Assembly: GCA_049840815.1 (NCBI GenBank)
Contig: JASGJI010000019.1
Location: 401,407 to 465,406 of the forward strand
DNA from: Thermomicrobiales bacterium
Lineage (GTDB): Bacteria > Chloroflexota > Chloroflexia > Thermomicrobiales > UBA6265
DNA: 64,000 nt
Direction: 5' to 3'
Both the position numbers and the translations under genes were made by a program. Positions 62,291 through 64,000 of this stretch are shown one piece after another (within the stretch, counting starts at the first letter, position 1; each line of letters opens with the position of its first letter). The notes under the pieces were generated by a model. The model did not search any database. It was not told where the DNA came from and was given only the letters and a program-made list of their open reading frames with translations.

Positions 62291-62470
62291 GACTCCACCT
62301 CTCATCAATTCATACACTGATCGACGTGATTCGGAACGGGCGCATCTCATCAGTCGCAAACTGCAATGGACGTTTGGGATGTCACCGTCATTGAACTCGG
62401 CTTCTCAAAATGACTTGGTCCGATGAAATACGTTGAGTTGAGTCAATGAGCACGCATTTACAGGGAAGCC

Positions 62471-62720
62471 TCAACCTGCGACGCATCCGAAGTTTCCTCC
62501 CCCGCCAGGGCACCAGCACCACACGTTGCAAATCTCGCGATCCCAGCGGTAGTCGTACTGGCAGTCAACGGGGCCATCAGGATCGCAACCCATCGACAGA
62601 CGAATTCGAAATGTAAAAGTTGCACTCGTTTTGGACTGCCCGCACGTTAACTTGTGGGTATACAAACGCCGCCCAAATGAGAATTCCAGCTACGAGACAT
62701 TCCTGACGTATTCTTGCCAT
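62471..62720 (-). other. small Cys-rich secreted peptide locus (two overlapping frames, or one frameshifted gene)
   Basis: ATG 62720 (AGGAG 9 nt upstream) gives MARIRQECLVAGILIWAAFVYPQVNVRAVQNECNFYISNSSVDGLRS, with its stop at 62577. The overlapping frame from ATG 62593 gives MGCDPDGPVDCQYDYRWDREICNVWCWCPGGGGNFGCVAG, with its stop at 62471. Confidence 0.35.
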
Positions 62721-62865
62721 CGTTGTGCGCTCCTTCACAAAAGAGTTTCTTTCAAGAAGAGACGAAAAAGATTAGAACGACTACTTTCATCTAACACCGC
62801 TGGCTAATGTAACTAAGAACGTGCCTTCGAGGGCGCGACGCGCGACTGAAGGTCGAATCGACGAT

Positions 62866-63673
62866 CTAATCGACGATGGGCGGTAGGCCGGGCCAGTTGA
62901 GTTTCGATTCAAACTTCCTAAGATCAGCATAAGGAACAGCACCGCCGATTCGTGTATTTAGTCGAATCGAGCCAATCGTCTGAATCGTCCCCAGAAAAAA
63001 TGTCGGTGTTCCGCTCACTCCCAGTCGTCGCCCCTACGTTTACGTCACTGTCGATATCGGCGGAACGTCCATCCGCTAAACATCGAGAAAAATCTTCGCC
63101 CTGAAGTCCCAGGCGAACTGCCGCTGCAGCTATTGACTCGTCACTTAGAGGCCCTTCGTTCCGAAAGAGGCCATCGTGCAGTTCCCAAAACCTGCCCTGT
63201 CCGTGACACAATCACCGCGACACTCGCTTGGCGAGCGTGTCGATGAATCTCTTCGAGAGGAAAATTAAGATTACTTGTCGAATGAGCCCCTGTTTTATGA
63301 AATTCTCGTAAATGAGAGGCGCCGTCTGTCTCTCGTACGCGCCGCAAAAAGGACACTCGTAGTCAGTGAACTCGACCGGGAATACATTTGCACCGCTCCC
63401 ACGAAGGTGCCTGATTTTCTCAGTAGGTATGGTTAATCCTGAGACGGGCAAGGATACCGGCTTCGTCGAGACCGAGCGCGACTGTGCGAGCGACCATAGC
63501 AAATACCCTGCAGCGACAATTACGAGGGTGGTAGAAGCTGCGTCAAGTGCAGACTTGGTATTCGCATGGAATAGGCTCCTTCCGCGGCGAGAGCACTCTT
63601 TCTGCGGGAGTCGTATCAGAGGGCTGTAACTCTGAAAGTGATATTTGCCCTCTGTACGACATGTGTGCCACAT
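62866..63673 (-). pseudogene. DsbA/thioredoxin-fold oxidoreductase, disrupted by an in-frame TGA and a frameshift
   Basis: ORF 63212..63673 has a TM anchor and VEFTDYECPFCG (CPFC active site). A TGA at 63212-63214 is followed in the same frame by LCHGQGRFWELHDGLF (ORF 62924..63211). The canonical C-terminus GVSGTPTFFLG...GAVPYADL is readable only in another frame (62989-63021, stop 62866). Confidence 0.7.
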
Positions 63674-63951
63674 GCGCGAGCTGAGGGGGCCTGGCTCAGC
63701 CTGATTATTCGACCGGGAACACAGGCGATCTCAGCATCGAGAGCGCTCGCTGGAATTAGGTAGTCGAGGTCAATTCATCTCTTTGTGTCGGTGTTAAATT
63801 ACGGATCACTCAGGCGCGACGAATGCGCGCGAGATTACTGCAGACCGTCGACCGTTGCACGGCCGCTGTTCAGGGAGCGCTCCTACCTCGACGTTGAACC
63901 GGTGCCCGACTTGAGGCATGATCCGCGGCCACTGCCGTCAGGAGGGCTAAC

Positions 63952-64000
63952 GTGTCGAACATCAACAGACGATTCATCAGTGCGTGCGCCGTCGGTCTCG
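63952..64000 (+). CDS. start of a secreted protein gene (partial)
   Basis: GTG 63952 with AGGAGGG 6 nt upstream gives VSNINRRFISACAVGL.... Only 16 codons lie within the window. Confidence 0.3.
   Translation, partial: MSNINRRFISACAVGL

Noticed and set aside
63212-63214. In-frame TGA in the DsbA-like gene as selenocysteine or programmed read-through
   Set aside because: The same gene also needs a frameshift about 170 nt downstream. I see no convincing SECIS-like hairpin right after the UGA. A pseudogene is the simpler explanation.

Overview
High-GC (roughly two-thirds G+C by eye) bacterial chromosomal segment, densely coding. I cannot assign a taxon from sequence alone. About 55 protein genes are supportable. 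I found no rRNA, tRNA, CRISPR array, transposase or integrase. Most long ORFs in the track that lie antisense to or overlap these genes are R/P/G-rich high-GC artefacts. Left to right: reverse-transsulfuration genes (cystathionine gamma-lyase fragment, cystathionine beta-synthase); a HIT-like gene; a sigma-like plus zinc-ribbon pair; a secreted PQQ-type beta-propeller/SH3b protein; VOC and NUDIX genes; a 5-gene peptide-type ABC importer; clpX and clpP. Next come a SAM methyltransferase and a very large, extremely acidic protein gene that is split by a frameshift. These two lie between clpP and tig. The tig gene itself carries an unusual C-terminal domain that is repeated twice in the acidic protein. 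Then: a 5xSH3b-M23 peptidase; a 3-gene WxL-like/DUF916-like surface-protein cluster; a PLP enzyme; malate synthase, allantoate amidohydrolase and allantoinase; a NarL-type two-component system; a His-less kinase-like gene coupled to an MMPL transporter; and a DUF3830/BMP-type nucleoside ABC importer/PRTase-like operon. After those: a two-domain cupredoxin; an XRE regulator; an NCS2 nucleobase permease with a long Q/P/R-rich tail; SMP-30 and DapA-family genes; amt; and MoxR-DUF58 plus a truncated TgpA-like gene. The window ends with a ~2 kb low-GC island (about 61700-63830) of decayed secreted/Cys-rich peptide and DsbA-like genes. Non-coding highlights are a family of GTAGGG/CCCTAC-GGACCGAC palindromic repeats at four or more loci, several very long perfect hairpin terminators, a Fur-family-like double 7-1-7 operator and a LexA-box-like site. 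I see no obvious defence or mobile system. The most unusual candidates are the tig/acidic-protein shared-domain locus, the WxL-like cluster and the decaying low-GC island.
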